A stretch of 64,000 nt of DNA from Octopus vulgaris. Its lineage: Eukaryota. The translations under genes were made by a program, and so were the position numbers. The stretch spans positions 99,820,001-99,884,000 of the forward strand of contig OX597818.1 of the NCBI GenBank assembly GCA_951406725.2, read 5' to 3'. The notes under the pieces are model-generated. The model did not search any database. It worked only from the letters and a program-made list of their open reading frames with translations, and was not told the DNA's origin. How positions within the stretch are numbered: position 1 is the first letter of the stretch; the number at the start of each line of letters is the position of its first letter. This document shows, in pieces, positions 13,201 through 25,099 of the stretch.

Positions 13201-13631
13201 CTACCAAGGCATACATATATGCAAGTGACAGTTATGGTTGGTGTATTAGGATATCAAGCCATATTTTCACGAGGACATCACTATACACAATGTTCATCGT
13301 AAGTGAGTCATCATTAAGATCGTTGCCCTCTTTAAAAATTGACATTTGTTGCGTCAATCAGATTTTTGCTGTCTTAATGACTGATTCTCTAACTACGGGA
13401 GATAAGACTAACGGCCGAGATCAAAAGACATTTATTTTTCCTTTTGAATGAATTACATAACGACACACGTTGTGACTTGCAGATATAGCAATAGATGCTA
13501 ATAAAATAAACCACATAAACACACGAATACGTACATATATATATATTTATATTATATATATATATAAATATATACACATGCACATATACATATATACATA
13601 TATGCATATACATGTATATATACATATATAC

Positions 13632-13679
<48 letters not shown>

Positions 13680-13695
13680 ATGAGTCATTGCTTAC

Positions 13696-13773
13696 CTGGT
13701 TTTGTGATTTGGAAATTGATGGAATAATACAACATCCATGGTAACACGAATGGAAATTTGAAAATGAACTTAC
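13696..13773 (-). CDS. Candidate 78-nt exon (phase 1-1 frame [25 protein letters not shown]) or recursive-splicing cryptic exon
   Basis: Minus strand: tctttgttttctcatttaattgtAG|GTAAGT...aaaacCAG|GTAAGC; frame is open. Confidence 0.45.
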
Positions 13774-14014
13774 CTACAATTAAATGAGAAAACAAAGACA
13801 AATAATTAGAATTGGTGAAACTTCAGGTAAAGTAGGTACAGCAATAATACAAAGACACACAGGGTATATATATATATATTACTGATCAGTGGAGAATTTC
13901 ATGCGTGGACAACAGTTAACTTCGTACAAACAAACGTAGCCTTGGATTGTCGTAGGTGGCAGATATACGGACATACATGGATGTTGCAGGGGTCTTGCAA
14001 CATCCATGTATGTC

Positions 14015-14015
<1 letters not shown>

Positions 14016-14113
<98 letters not shown>

Positions 14114-14128
14114 GTCTATCTATCTATC
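14016..14128. repeat. (TATC)n microsatellite
   Basis: Directly visible. Confidence 0.95.
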
Positions 14129-14927
14129 AATCGGTACACATGCCTACTCACACTCAATCGCACTTACATAAACACAACATACATTCAGACGCGCATACAC
14201 ACATAGGCACACATAACTGAAAATCATTGCTGACATTATTGGCTACTGTAAAACATTTCTTTCGTTTCTACTAATAACCTTTACTCTTTTCTCTTAGTTC
14301 CTAGACCACTAGCATAAGCTGTAGAGAGAAAAAAAAGCACATTCCATAAATTTTTACAAAATTGTTATTAATTTCGTCTTCAATCAAATCTCTCGCTTCG
14401 TAAAATAAGGTTTAGTTAAAAAGTCACATGTTATACCATTCTGAAGCCTTCTAAAAAGAATGAAATAATAATATATAGGATTACCAGTAGCTATAAATGG
14501 TAACAACTAAGTAATACGGTAACAAATAAATACATAAATATATAAATATTTGTGGATTATATGTGTCCCTTTCCTCATAATTTCTTAATATCAAATTCAA
14601 ATGTTTAATCTAGCCTCAGGATATGAGGCGATGATACCTTCCTTGTAATGATAGCCATCAATATCTGTTACAAGAAAGTCAATAACCGCCTCTGAATTCC
14701 CCCCACACATACACACTCATATACATGAATATATGTATGTACATACTCACAAACACACTATTGGTGTTTTTCATTGAATAAGCGTCTATTGGAAGTCAAG
14801 ATAGTTTGAACGCAGTATTATTCTAGGCGTTGTCTGTAGAGTTAGAAGCGCTCGTAGACATACACACACATACATACATACATACATACATACATACATA
14901 CATACATACATACATACATACATACAG

Positions 14928-14960
<33 letters not shown>

Positions 14961-14965
<5 letters not shown>

Positions 14966-15127
14966 TTTATTTGAAAGCAGCAGAAATATAACAAGAGCTG
15001 TTACTCATAGTTTCACGTTGCCGTTCGTCGGACAGTCTTGTTAAAAAAATAAATGTCCGGCGAACGGGAACATGAAACTCTGAGTAACAGCTTTTGTTAT
15101 ATTTCTGCTGCTTTTAAATAAAGTATA
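14961..15127. repeat. Long inverted repeat (~74-bp arms, 19-nt spacer), Penelope-type ends
   Basis: 14961-15034 is nearly the reverse complement of 15054-15127; embedded between (TA)n tracts; each arm has a CCG(A/G)CGA-acg-GNRA-c(g/a)t-GAAAC motif. Confidence 0.9.
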
Positions 15128-15191
15128 TTACTTTACCTCTATTATTTGAGTACTCTTTTCCCCACCTTGTTTCACATTTATGCGCTTACTC

Positions 15192-15256
<65 letters not shown>

Positions 15257-15744
15257 AGTATGTACATGAGGAGAAAGAGAAGGGAGAGAAAGAGAACGAG
15301 AGGGTGAGAGAGTGTATGTGAGGAAGAGTGCAGCAAATGACCATAAGCCAATCGCATTACATTGAGAACTTTGTGAAATATAAATCCGTAAACTATCTTA
15401 AGACTAAGAATTGAAGGGACATGATAAATATATCATGTTACCACATAGAAGTATCAGTGCTCTAATTTATAATTTATTATATCTAACATTTTCATTTCTC
15501 CTTCTCGTTTCCTCCTTCGATCATTCGTTTATGCACAGATCGGAGAGGCAGAAAGAAACAAAGACAAGGGGAGATAGAAGTAAAACAGAAAGATAGTGAG
15601 ATACAGATTCTGATGTGGGAGCAATATCAAGGCAAGATAACTGTGATAACGACTAATATAGCATTACATATTAAGGATGCAAATTTAATAAATTGCTGTA
15701 AAGATTAGGGTTTCAGTCCCAGTGCAGCCAACTGAAATAGTTGT

Positions 15745-15905
15745 TACAGAATAAGACAAAATGCTTTGCGATATTTGTTCCGGCTCTCTACTTTCTCGGT
15801 TCAACTCCCGCTAAGGTCAATGCAATAGAATACCCGTCAAGAGTAAATGGCATCGATTAACTATCACCAGCCAAAATTACTGCCCTTTTGCTAAATTCAA
15901 AATTG
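15745..15905 (+). mobile_element. SINE family B, degenerate
   Basis: aaatgctttgcgatatttgttccggctctctactttctcggttcaactcccgctaaggtcaa. Confidence 0.6.
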
Positions 15906-16186
15906 TTACATCTTTATATATATATCTCATTACACTCACACACAAGCGCACACACACACACACACAAACTCTCACACACACACGTATACACACGCGTACA
16001 CCAACACATCTACATGCATAATGGATATGTGTGTCTCTTTTGTGTAAGTAATAGTATCATTCTGTAAGACTATCTGTCATGTCATGTGTCAAAATTTCCT
16101 TATATATATACATACATACATACATACATACATTTATATATATATATGTATGTATGTACATTCATATATATATATATGTATGTATG

Positions 16187-16243
<57 letters not shown>

Positions 16244-16325
16244 ATATTTATACAAACATACATGCACATACACATTCACGCGTACAAATGTGCATATACA
16301 TACATACTCACGTAGACAGAAATAT

Positions 16326-16376
<51 letters not shown>

Positions 16377-16397
16377 CTACGTGAGTATGTATGTATA

Positions 16398-16441
<44 letters not shown>

Positions 16442-17684
16442 AAAGTAAACATAATTTTTCTCTGACAACCACACGATGAAACAAGACACTTGTTGACCTC
16501 ATGTCAATTTGTTCTGTTTGGACAACTCTCCTGCCAGTTAAGATTTGTTTATGCCTCTTAACTCCTCATACAGTCACGTTCGATCGCGTCACGCCATCAC
16601 ATCAAGAAAAACAAGTCAATTTTTGCAATACACAAGCACAATAACGAAGAGAAATGTATCAATGACTGCAATAACATTAGGTGTTTAATGAGTTTTCTCA
16701 CTATTTTATATTTCATTTAGCCGTTTATTTATTTCATGTAATTAGCGTATTTGTGTTGTTGCTCTTACTCTCCGAAATATTATTTGGTTCAGGTTGCAAT
16801 GTTTGGCTCTTCGCTTGTTTGTTTAATTTTTAGCTTGTTATTATTTAAGTTCTTCTAGATACAATAATTTCAGAAGCTGTTATTCTCTCTCAGTCTTTTC
16901 CTTTCTTACGTTCATCTTCCTTTTTGTTTCTCTTCTTCCCTCACTGTCTTTCTTAATCATAAATGTTGTCGATTTAGCTCAAGAATACATTACGTATCAT
17001 GAAAATAAAAATAGAATTAACTCTGCCTATATGCTCGGCGTGATGAAGGATTAGGAAGTGTGAGCGCGCTCTATATTGTAAGCGTGAGCTAATTTTTATT
17101 GGATATGGCTATAGCATCTTGTTATAATAACTATCATACGCCATTATTTATATATGAAAACCGAGAAGAAACTCTTTAGAACAAAACGTCACTATAATGC
17201 AGAAATTGAAGTTTAAGCCGAAAACCTGAAAATTGTCAATGTAACAAATGCAGCCAGTAAGCTGATTCAGCTAAGTGGTAAATGCTTCGTTATTTGAAGA
17301 AATATATCTGCTGTCATTAAAATGAGACTAATTTGCTACAATATTCCAAGTAACTTCTAATTAAAAAAGGATTCGAAATATAATAGGTTTGCTTTGTGTT
17401 CAAACGATTTTGATATACTATTCTTTTCCATGTTTTAGATTTACCTAAAGCCCACACATTTACATAATTAATAGAACCGGCGTATTAATGCTATGACGAA
17501 TATTCATCTTAATATGAAACACTGTTACCATCAGATATGTTAGTGTTTCTTAAACAAATGCAACAAATCAGTTGTCAAAAAACCCTGCTGAAAATAATAG
17601 TCAAAGCACTCATAAATGAGAATTTCTAATTACAGGCTTTTATATAGACGAAGGAATGGGTCACGACGTTCTACCATGACTCAC

Positions 17685-17796
17685 CTAGAACTACAACACA
17701 GTACCAAAGTTTACATGGAACCAACAAGATAAGACCTCTGTGCACGAGCGTGAACGGCAGAACTGATAAGACAATTTTACTTAAAACTTCGGCCAT
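17685..17796 (-). CDS. Candidate N-terminal exon encoding hydrophobic [37 protein letters not shown](G), signal-peptide/anchor-like
   Basis: ATG at 17796, 37 codons + 1 nt, consensus donor TAG|GTGAGT (phase 1); non-repetitive sequence. Confidence 0.45.
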
Positions 17797-17949
17797 ACGT
17801 CTTATTTTATGAAAGAATACTTTGAAAATGAAAACCCCCCACACACATACACACATACAAATACAATTATTACAGATAAATTCCTCTATTTACATAATAT
17901 CGTGGTCTCTTTCATTCTTTTGTTATCTTACCATTTTTATCAATATATA

Positions 17950-17985
<36 letters not shown>

Positions 17986-18108
17986 TGTATATATATATAT
18001 ATATACATACATATATATATATATATACATACATACATATATATATACATACATACATATATATACATACATACTAATATATATATATACATACATACAT
18101 ACATACAT

Positions 18109-18145
<37 letters not shown>

Positions 18146-18146
<1 letters not shown>

Positions 18147-18326
18147 TCCTTCAAACAGTACCGGACAAACCATCCACACCCGGATATGTCTCCGCAAACA
18201 ATAACTCTCTGCTCGAATGGGCCTTGGTGCCCAAATCCTGAACTGAAAGACTTCGCCAGGTGGTGCTATTAAGTTAGACATGGCCTGGGCCAATACTGGC
18301 CAAAAACCTTTCTAAGTTATTCTAAG

Positions 18327-18329
<3 letters not shown>
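18146..18329 (+). mobile_element. 5'-truncated CR1/L2-type LINE 3' end inserted in (TA)n
   Basis: Encodes [25 protein letters not shown] (typical FL..VPD.P ORF2 C-terminus), short 3' UTR ending (ttctaagtta)2; (TA)n on both sides. Confidence 0.7.
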
Positions 18330-18376
<47 letters not shown>

Positions 18377-19022
18377 TATATATAAATATAAAGTAATTAA
18401 TGTATATCCCGGTCATAATAACGCGTAGAAAATCGTGCGAATGCTCGAACGGAGAGGTTTCTGCGAGAAACATTAATGAGTGCAGTTACTTGTATATCAT
18501 GGGTATTAACAAAAGGACAACTGTTCAGTGAATGTAACACACACACACAAAAAAAAAAACCTAGCCTAAGTGCATTATGAAGAATTAAAAAAAAAACCCA
18601 CGTCTTTTTTCCAGTTGTTACTTTGAAAGCAATGTTATTGGTGTAAACTTCTGCACATAACATTAAATTTAAATATTGGTCTAGAAGCTGTATAGATTCC
18701 ACAATAAAATCCTAAACTCTATTAATGCATTTTCCATTATAACCTATTAGGGTCTATTCAACGCTCAATATAACATTAAATTCTCTTTCTCTCTCCAAGT
18801 TCTGAATACAAACTGCCCAAAGATGTGTGTGTGTGTATGTGTGTGTGTGTGCATGTGTGTGTGCGTGTGTGTGTCTGCGTTTCTGTGTCGGTGTCTATGG
18901 ATGTATATTTGTATGACTGTGTGTAAGTACATACACACGTACATATGACTGCACTGATACATTGTCTCCCTAAATATAGATATGTGTGTATGTATATAAT
19001 ACACACACGCGCACACACACAC

Positions 19023-19082
<60 letters not shown>

Positions 19083-19098
19083 ACACACACATACATAG

Positions 19099-19137
<39 letters not shown>

Positions 19138-19222
19138 TATATACATACATATATATATATATATATATACATATATATATACATATATACATATATATAT
19201 ATACATATATATATACATATAT

Positions 19223-19272
<50 letters not shown>

Positions 19273-19729
19273 TTGTGTGTGTATGTTTTTGTATGTAAAT
19301 GTTTTCTCTCGTGTAATATGTACTTTATAATTTGTTTTTCGTTACATATTTTTTGCATATTTTCCATACTGACTCATTACGACAGTACGTTTTTGTTCAC
19401 GAATAATTTATTAGCGCCTATTTCATTCAGGCATATCATGCATGCGTAGTTATAATTGTATATTTATGTAACTATCGCTCTGTTTGTGTGTCAGTCGTTC
19501 CATCTGTTTCGTCAAGTATTCTCTGCCTGTAGTTATCCATGATCCTAAACAGCAAATACGTACTTACTCACTCACTCTTGCTTATTTCGACACCTCACCC
19601 CACAACACACATGCACAGGCGTGCATAAGTAGCAGCTAATAAAAGTAATTTATTGGCTTTTAATAATTTTGTTAAAATATTCTGTTCGTCTTTAGCAGCC
19701 TATGACATTGCTATTCAATTTACATACAC

Positions 19730-20015
19730 ATATGTATGTGTGTGTGTATGTATGTATGTATGTGTGTGTGTGTCTGTCCGTCCGTCCGTCCGTCCGTCCG
19801 TCCGTCCGTCCGTCCATCCGTCCGTTCATCCATCCATCCATCCATTCATCCATCCATCTATCTATCCATCCATGTATCTCTCTCTCTCTCTATCTATCCA
19901 TCTATCTATATATCTGTCTCTCTATCTATCTATCTAACTACACATACATACATACATACATACATACATACATACATACATACATACATACATACATACA
20001 TTCATACATACACAC
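19730..20015. repeat. Compound microsatellite (TG)/(TCCG)/(TCCA)/(TATC)/(TACA)
   Basis: Directly visible graded series of tetramer units. Confidence 0.95.
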
Positions 20016-20157
20016 ATTAAAGTAACTTTGAAAAAAACATGAATCGTAAAACAGATGAAGAGACTCGTATAACAGTCGTCGGATAACACAAGAAAAAGAT
20101 TTCTTTCTGAAGTTCAGTAATTATTTACAGCTGCATCAACCTGAGAAAAGCACGTAC

Positions 20158-20236
20158 ATAACGTAAAGGAGTTCTTTCCATTTTGATCATATCCTTCTTT
20201 AGGCATAGTTCTGCCAGATGTCTCCATCCCCTCCAT
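20158..20236 (-). CDS. Candidate coding start MEGMETSGRTMPKEGYDQNGKNSFTL within exon 20158-20655
   Basis: Kozak acgATGG with an in-frame upstream stop; donor T|GTACGT (phase 1); upstream acceptor ctaac...ttaacttttattaCAG| at 20656-20657. Confidence 0.45.
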
Positions 20237-20799
20237 CGTGTCGAAAGAATTATTTAATCGGTATGAGTATCCAAAGATTTTAAGAGGTTAAAAAATAGTT
20301 TCGGTAGCTGTTGTTGTTAAGCAACAAGACGGGTAAGGGTGATTAAGTGATGGTTTAGGGCTTAGGAGCGGGAGACCCCAGACCTTGGAAAAAAAAAATT
20401 TGGTCGTCTTGTTGTAGTCGAGGGCTCTTCGTTGACGCCCGACATCACTAGGAGGTGGCCCTCGAAATCGCTGTAAATGGAGATCTCCAGGTCCAAATTC
20501 TTGAACGGCTACGGTAACTGTGGTTGAATTACAATCAGGTCGAACGAATACATAGCCGTTTTATCAATAGCTGTCCTTAGTTTCTCACCAGTGCCCTCTT
20601 CAACTAAAACTAAAAGATACATTATTTCAATCGCTTCAATACCGACTGATCCATGCTGTAATAAAAGTTAATGTAATCATGTTAGTTATCAATTTTTCGG
20701 AAATATTTAACGTTGATGAAAACCAACGCACAGAGAACACTCTCTTAGTAATATATCCACACAAAAGAAGTAATTCTGCTAAAAGATCACTGAGGCATT

Positions 20800-21050
20800 T
20801 GTAAAGCTACCTGGATAGTACTAAATACTCCCTTTACACACAAAAATTAACTATTCTATGTGTGGAGAAACGAGATGATAGAAACACATAGAAGCACGAG
20901 CTGATAGAAGTAACTGCAAAATATCTCGAAGATCACACATTACTCTTCTAATGAACACAAGACAGGATATAAGGATGCGTTGCTCAAGACTGGAATGGAA
21001 ATGGTCGAATTATCTGCGGCATCAAATCAAACCTAGGGCTAAAAATAATA
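20800..21050 (+). mobile_element. Repeat family C copy
   Basis: gatagaagtaactgcaaaatatctc...ctggaatg...acctagggctaaaaataataac. Confidence 0.5.
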
Positions 21051-21774
21051 ACAAAAAATATCACGCAGTGTTATGTTTTTGGCTGTATATTTAATGTTGC
21101 GTATTATAATTTTCGTGAAACAGTATAGAGTGAATGGAGTTCTACTTTTAAACAAGCAGTTCTTAATCTTTCGAACACAGTCTTCATACACAAGAGAGCC
21201 GATATGGTAGCTCTAGTTAATTATGAAAACGAACGGAAATTCGAAATCCTAATGGACTTTAAGATCCAAAACTGATTAAAGTATTTCAGATAATAGAACG
21301 AACGCATTCAATTTGATTAGGGAATAGCTCAGCTCACAAAGTAAAAAGCGAAAAACTAAAAATATTTTAAATTTCAGGAGACTTCACCTCAGAATACACG
21401 GAGGCACACGCATGTGGCAACATACCGAAGGAGGTGGACTCATGACACGCACACCTAATAGAGACTTACGGACAGACATAGTCAAACACATGCACACTCA
21501 AATGCAAGAACACATACACACACATTAACGCACACATTCACACGTATACATCTCACACACTCATATACATGCGCACATACTTTGAAGACCGATTCAATTT
21601 CATCTTCTCAAAAAATTTGACTCTACTTTTAGCATGGAGTCAAACCATTAATAAGGGTTCCGTTGCTATGCGTCATATTCCTGCAGAATAGCATCATTTT
21701 AACGTTTTCTTCCACACGCGAGTACTCACATACACGTACGAGAACATATACACTTCTATATATATATATATACC

Positions 21775-21995
21775 TTCTTTCGTTTACTTGCTTCAGTGAT
21801 TTGACTCCAGCCATGCTGGAGCACTGCCTTGTAAAGTTTTGTTCGAACCATTCACAACCAGAGCTTCATTTCTTAAGTCTGGTACTTATTGTATCTCCTC
21901 TTTTGCTGAAGAGCTAAGTTACGGGACATAAATAAAGCATCACCGGTTGTCAAGCGATGATAGCGGACAAACACAAATATAAAGACACACATATA
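21775..21995 (-). mobile_element. SINE family A, 3' half
   Basis: cagccatgctggagcactgcc...gctaagttacggg...caccggttgtcaagcgatg. Confidence 0.8.
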
Positions 21996-22719
21996 CATTG
22001 TTAAGAAATTAAGTTTTTTTAAATTAAAATATGCCTGTTTTATGAGAATATTATGAAATAATATTACTATTGGGCAGTGTTATTTACTCTGCATTATAGA
22101 TTTTAACAGGTAAACAGACAGTTTTGCATGCTGCACAGTAAGGTCAGGATGAAGTCCATTGTCAAAACGGGGTAAGTTAGTGGTAAATAGCTAAATTGTG
22201 AAACTAACAAATTGGCTAGGCCTTAGCAAACTTTTATAAGAAGAGATAATTGAACACTCAGTTTTTGTAACAGTTAAAGTATTTTTTTCTGTAAGACAAG
22301 GTTGTTCAATTGGAGCCTGGAAGCTATGATTGCCTGTTTAGTATATGCACTTTGTGCTTTGTATTAGGCATTTATGAATTTATTTTATGCTTCAGGAATT
22401 CGCCAGAACTTTTGCTTATCAGATTTAAATAATTTCTCTGTCACATCTGGGTGAGTACAACAATCTCTTAAGTTAGGTTATTGTAATATTTGTGTGAGAG
22501 TTGAACCCTGCATTTGTGACCGGTTGTCTAGTAATTTTGCTAGCTATTTTCTGTTAAGACAAATGTTGAAAAGCTTTTCACAGCTTTTCATATTCTAAAA
22601 GAATTATAATGGTGACGAAAGAACGATGTTCAACATTATCAAGAAAATTACACACACAATAACAACTGTAGCAGCAATAAACGCCAATGTCGGCCAGTAA
22701 GAAATATATAGAATAATAT

Positions 22720-23259
22720 TCTTTTCTACTCTAGGCACAAGGCCCAGTACGTAACTGGTACTTAATTTATCGACTCCGAAAGGATTAAAGGCAAAGTCGA
22801 CCTCGGCGGGATTTGAACTCAGAACGTAAAGACAGACAAAATACCTATTTCTTTACTACCCACAAGGGGTCTAAACACAGAGGGGACAAAAAAGAACAAG
22901 CGGATTAAGTCGATTACATCGACCCCAGTGCATAAATGGTACTTATTTAATCGACCCCGAAAGAATGAAAGGCAAAGTCGACCTCGGCGGAATTTGAACT
23001 CACAATGTAGCGGCAGACGAAATACCTATTTCTTTACTACCCAGAAAGGGCTAAACACAGAGGGTACAAACACGGACAGACAAACAGATTAAGTCGATTA
23101 TATCAACCCCAGTGCGTAACTGATACTTAATTTATCGACCCCGAAAGGATGAAAGGCAAAGTGGGTCTCGGCGGAATTTGAACTCAGAACGTAACGGCAG
23201 ACGAAATACGGCTACGCATTTCGCCCGGCGTGATAACGTTTCTGCCAGCTCGCTGCCTT
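22720..23259 (-). mobile_element. SINE family B tandem trimer
   Basis: Three repeats of atcgac(t/c)ccgaaag...aaaggcaaagt...gaactca with linker cctatttctttactaccc. Confidence 0.9.
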
Positions 23260-23705
23260 GACAATTTAAAGGGAATTCAAAGTTGTGTGTTTCATTCGTT
23301 TTTCTGGGTGTGTATATTAAATAGAGACAAATGACTGAACATCGGCTAATAACCAATTGCTTGCGAAATTGATTATCGGTGCATGAGTAGTGGCAAATTC
23401 TTCGCTTCAACACACGTATGTTTTAAGATGATCAACAGCGTGAAAATGAGCATCAGTTACAACATTAGCAACTCACTTCATTTAGAATAATTGCAATAAC
23501 GAGGAGAGCAACACGTTAGCCATCACAATCAGTGACCTTACCTACATACGAACGAGAATAGATGCGAAAAGATACTACGGGTAAAGTAGAGAAGTGCCTC
23601 ACCTGATCAAAATACAGATACGCAACAAACTTTACACACACACACAACAGGCCCACACACATATATATGTAGGAAGTTATAAGTGTGAGTATGTGTGTGT
23701 ATGTG

Positions 23706-23736
<31 letters not shown>

Positions 23737-23854
23737 CCACATACACATCCTTGAAAGAAACTTAAGCAATGAACAATTATTAATAAATGTATATATATAT
23801 ATAAAAATAGGTACTCACATATATATACACATATATATTTATTGCACGTAATCA

Positions 23855-24400
23855 CTATCACCATATTATCATTACCATCGCCAGGAATAACGTTTTTGTC
23901 ATTGTCCTCGTTGTCACCATCGTCGTTATCATCATCATCATCATCATCACCTCCACCTTCACCATAACCACCACCACCTTCACCGCTATTACCACCGACA
24001 ATACCACACATAACACTAAACGAAAACAACATGTATACAATTAACAGCTGAGTTTAGCAAGATCAAAAAGTACATCATTAAAAATAATTGCCGCAAGAAA
24101 AATCACAAGAACCTCATTAGCACCCTAATCACCACCATCACCACCACCTTCACTACCACCATGACTACCATCATCAACATCACAGCCATCGTCAACACCA
24201 CAATTATGAGCGCCATGAAACCACTGCCACCACCATTGTGCCGATGTCACTACGACAGCCACCACAAACTGATCACGCCATTGTCTTCTCTTATACAATG
24301 AACAGCAACAACAAGAACAACAATAACAACAACAACAACAACAACAACAGCAACAGCAGCAGCAGCGAGAGAATGACAACAACAGCAACAACGTGTCTGA
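23855..24400. repeat. Degenerate trinucleotide low-complexity tract (CAT/CAC/CAA/CAG)
   Basis: Directly visible; no coherent reading frame. Confidence 0.85.
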
Positions 24401-24583
24401 CCAAATCAGCCAAGCAAGGTGGCAATAAATAGAAACTTATACAAAGTAGCGACATAATAGAAATGTATAGGTTTGGAGGTTGAACAAGCAACGTTGCAAA
24501 GACTGCTTGATTAGATCGCACAGAGGAAACAGCTGGTTTGCTACGATAACCTCAAAATTTCAGATGTATGGTTTATGTGTGTA

Positions 24584-24614
<31 letters not shown>

Positions 24615-25099
24615 CTGTGTGTGTATGTGTGAGTGTGTGTTCTCACCGATAGAGGCAGAGATAGAGAGATAGAGAGAGAGAGAGAGGAATGGAGAGACAA
24701 GATACTCACATTTACAAAGAGATGCACTGAACCTTCTCTCTGTCTGTCTGATTGACTCCATTCCTGTCTTTCTTATTCTTATTCATTCTCTCACTCTTTC
24801 TCCCTCACTCTCTCTTGTCTTAAACACATGCACATTACACCTACCGACTTCCTATACAGGGTTGCTTTTTCGGTTAATTCTAGGTGTTATCAATCTCTCT
24901 GTCACTCCGTCTGTTCTTCAGTCTGTTTGTCTATCTATATATCCATCCAACCACCCACACATATGTCTATCTACACACACACACATTCATCATTTATTCA
25001 TTCACTCATTCACTCATTCACACATACACACGTACATAAATATATACACGTTTGCAGTGCCTGTCCTTGCACCTACGTTTGATCTTCTGATCTGAATCA

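Noticed and set aside
20350-20367. Telomere-like tttagggcttagg
   Set aside because: Only two imperfect units; chance.
22720-23259. CRISPR-like recurring repeats in SINE B trimers
   Set aside because: Units are 150-220 bp SINE segments without unique spacers; eukaryotic context and no cas genes.
23607-24521. Gly/Asp-rich and Cys-rich ORFs
   Set aside because: Degenerate trinucleotide low-complexity DNA; frames are inconsistent.
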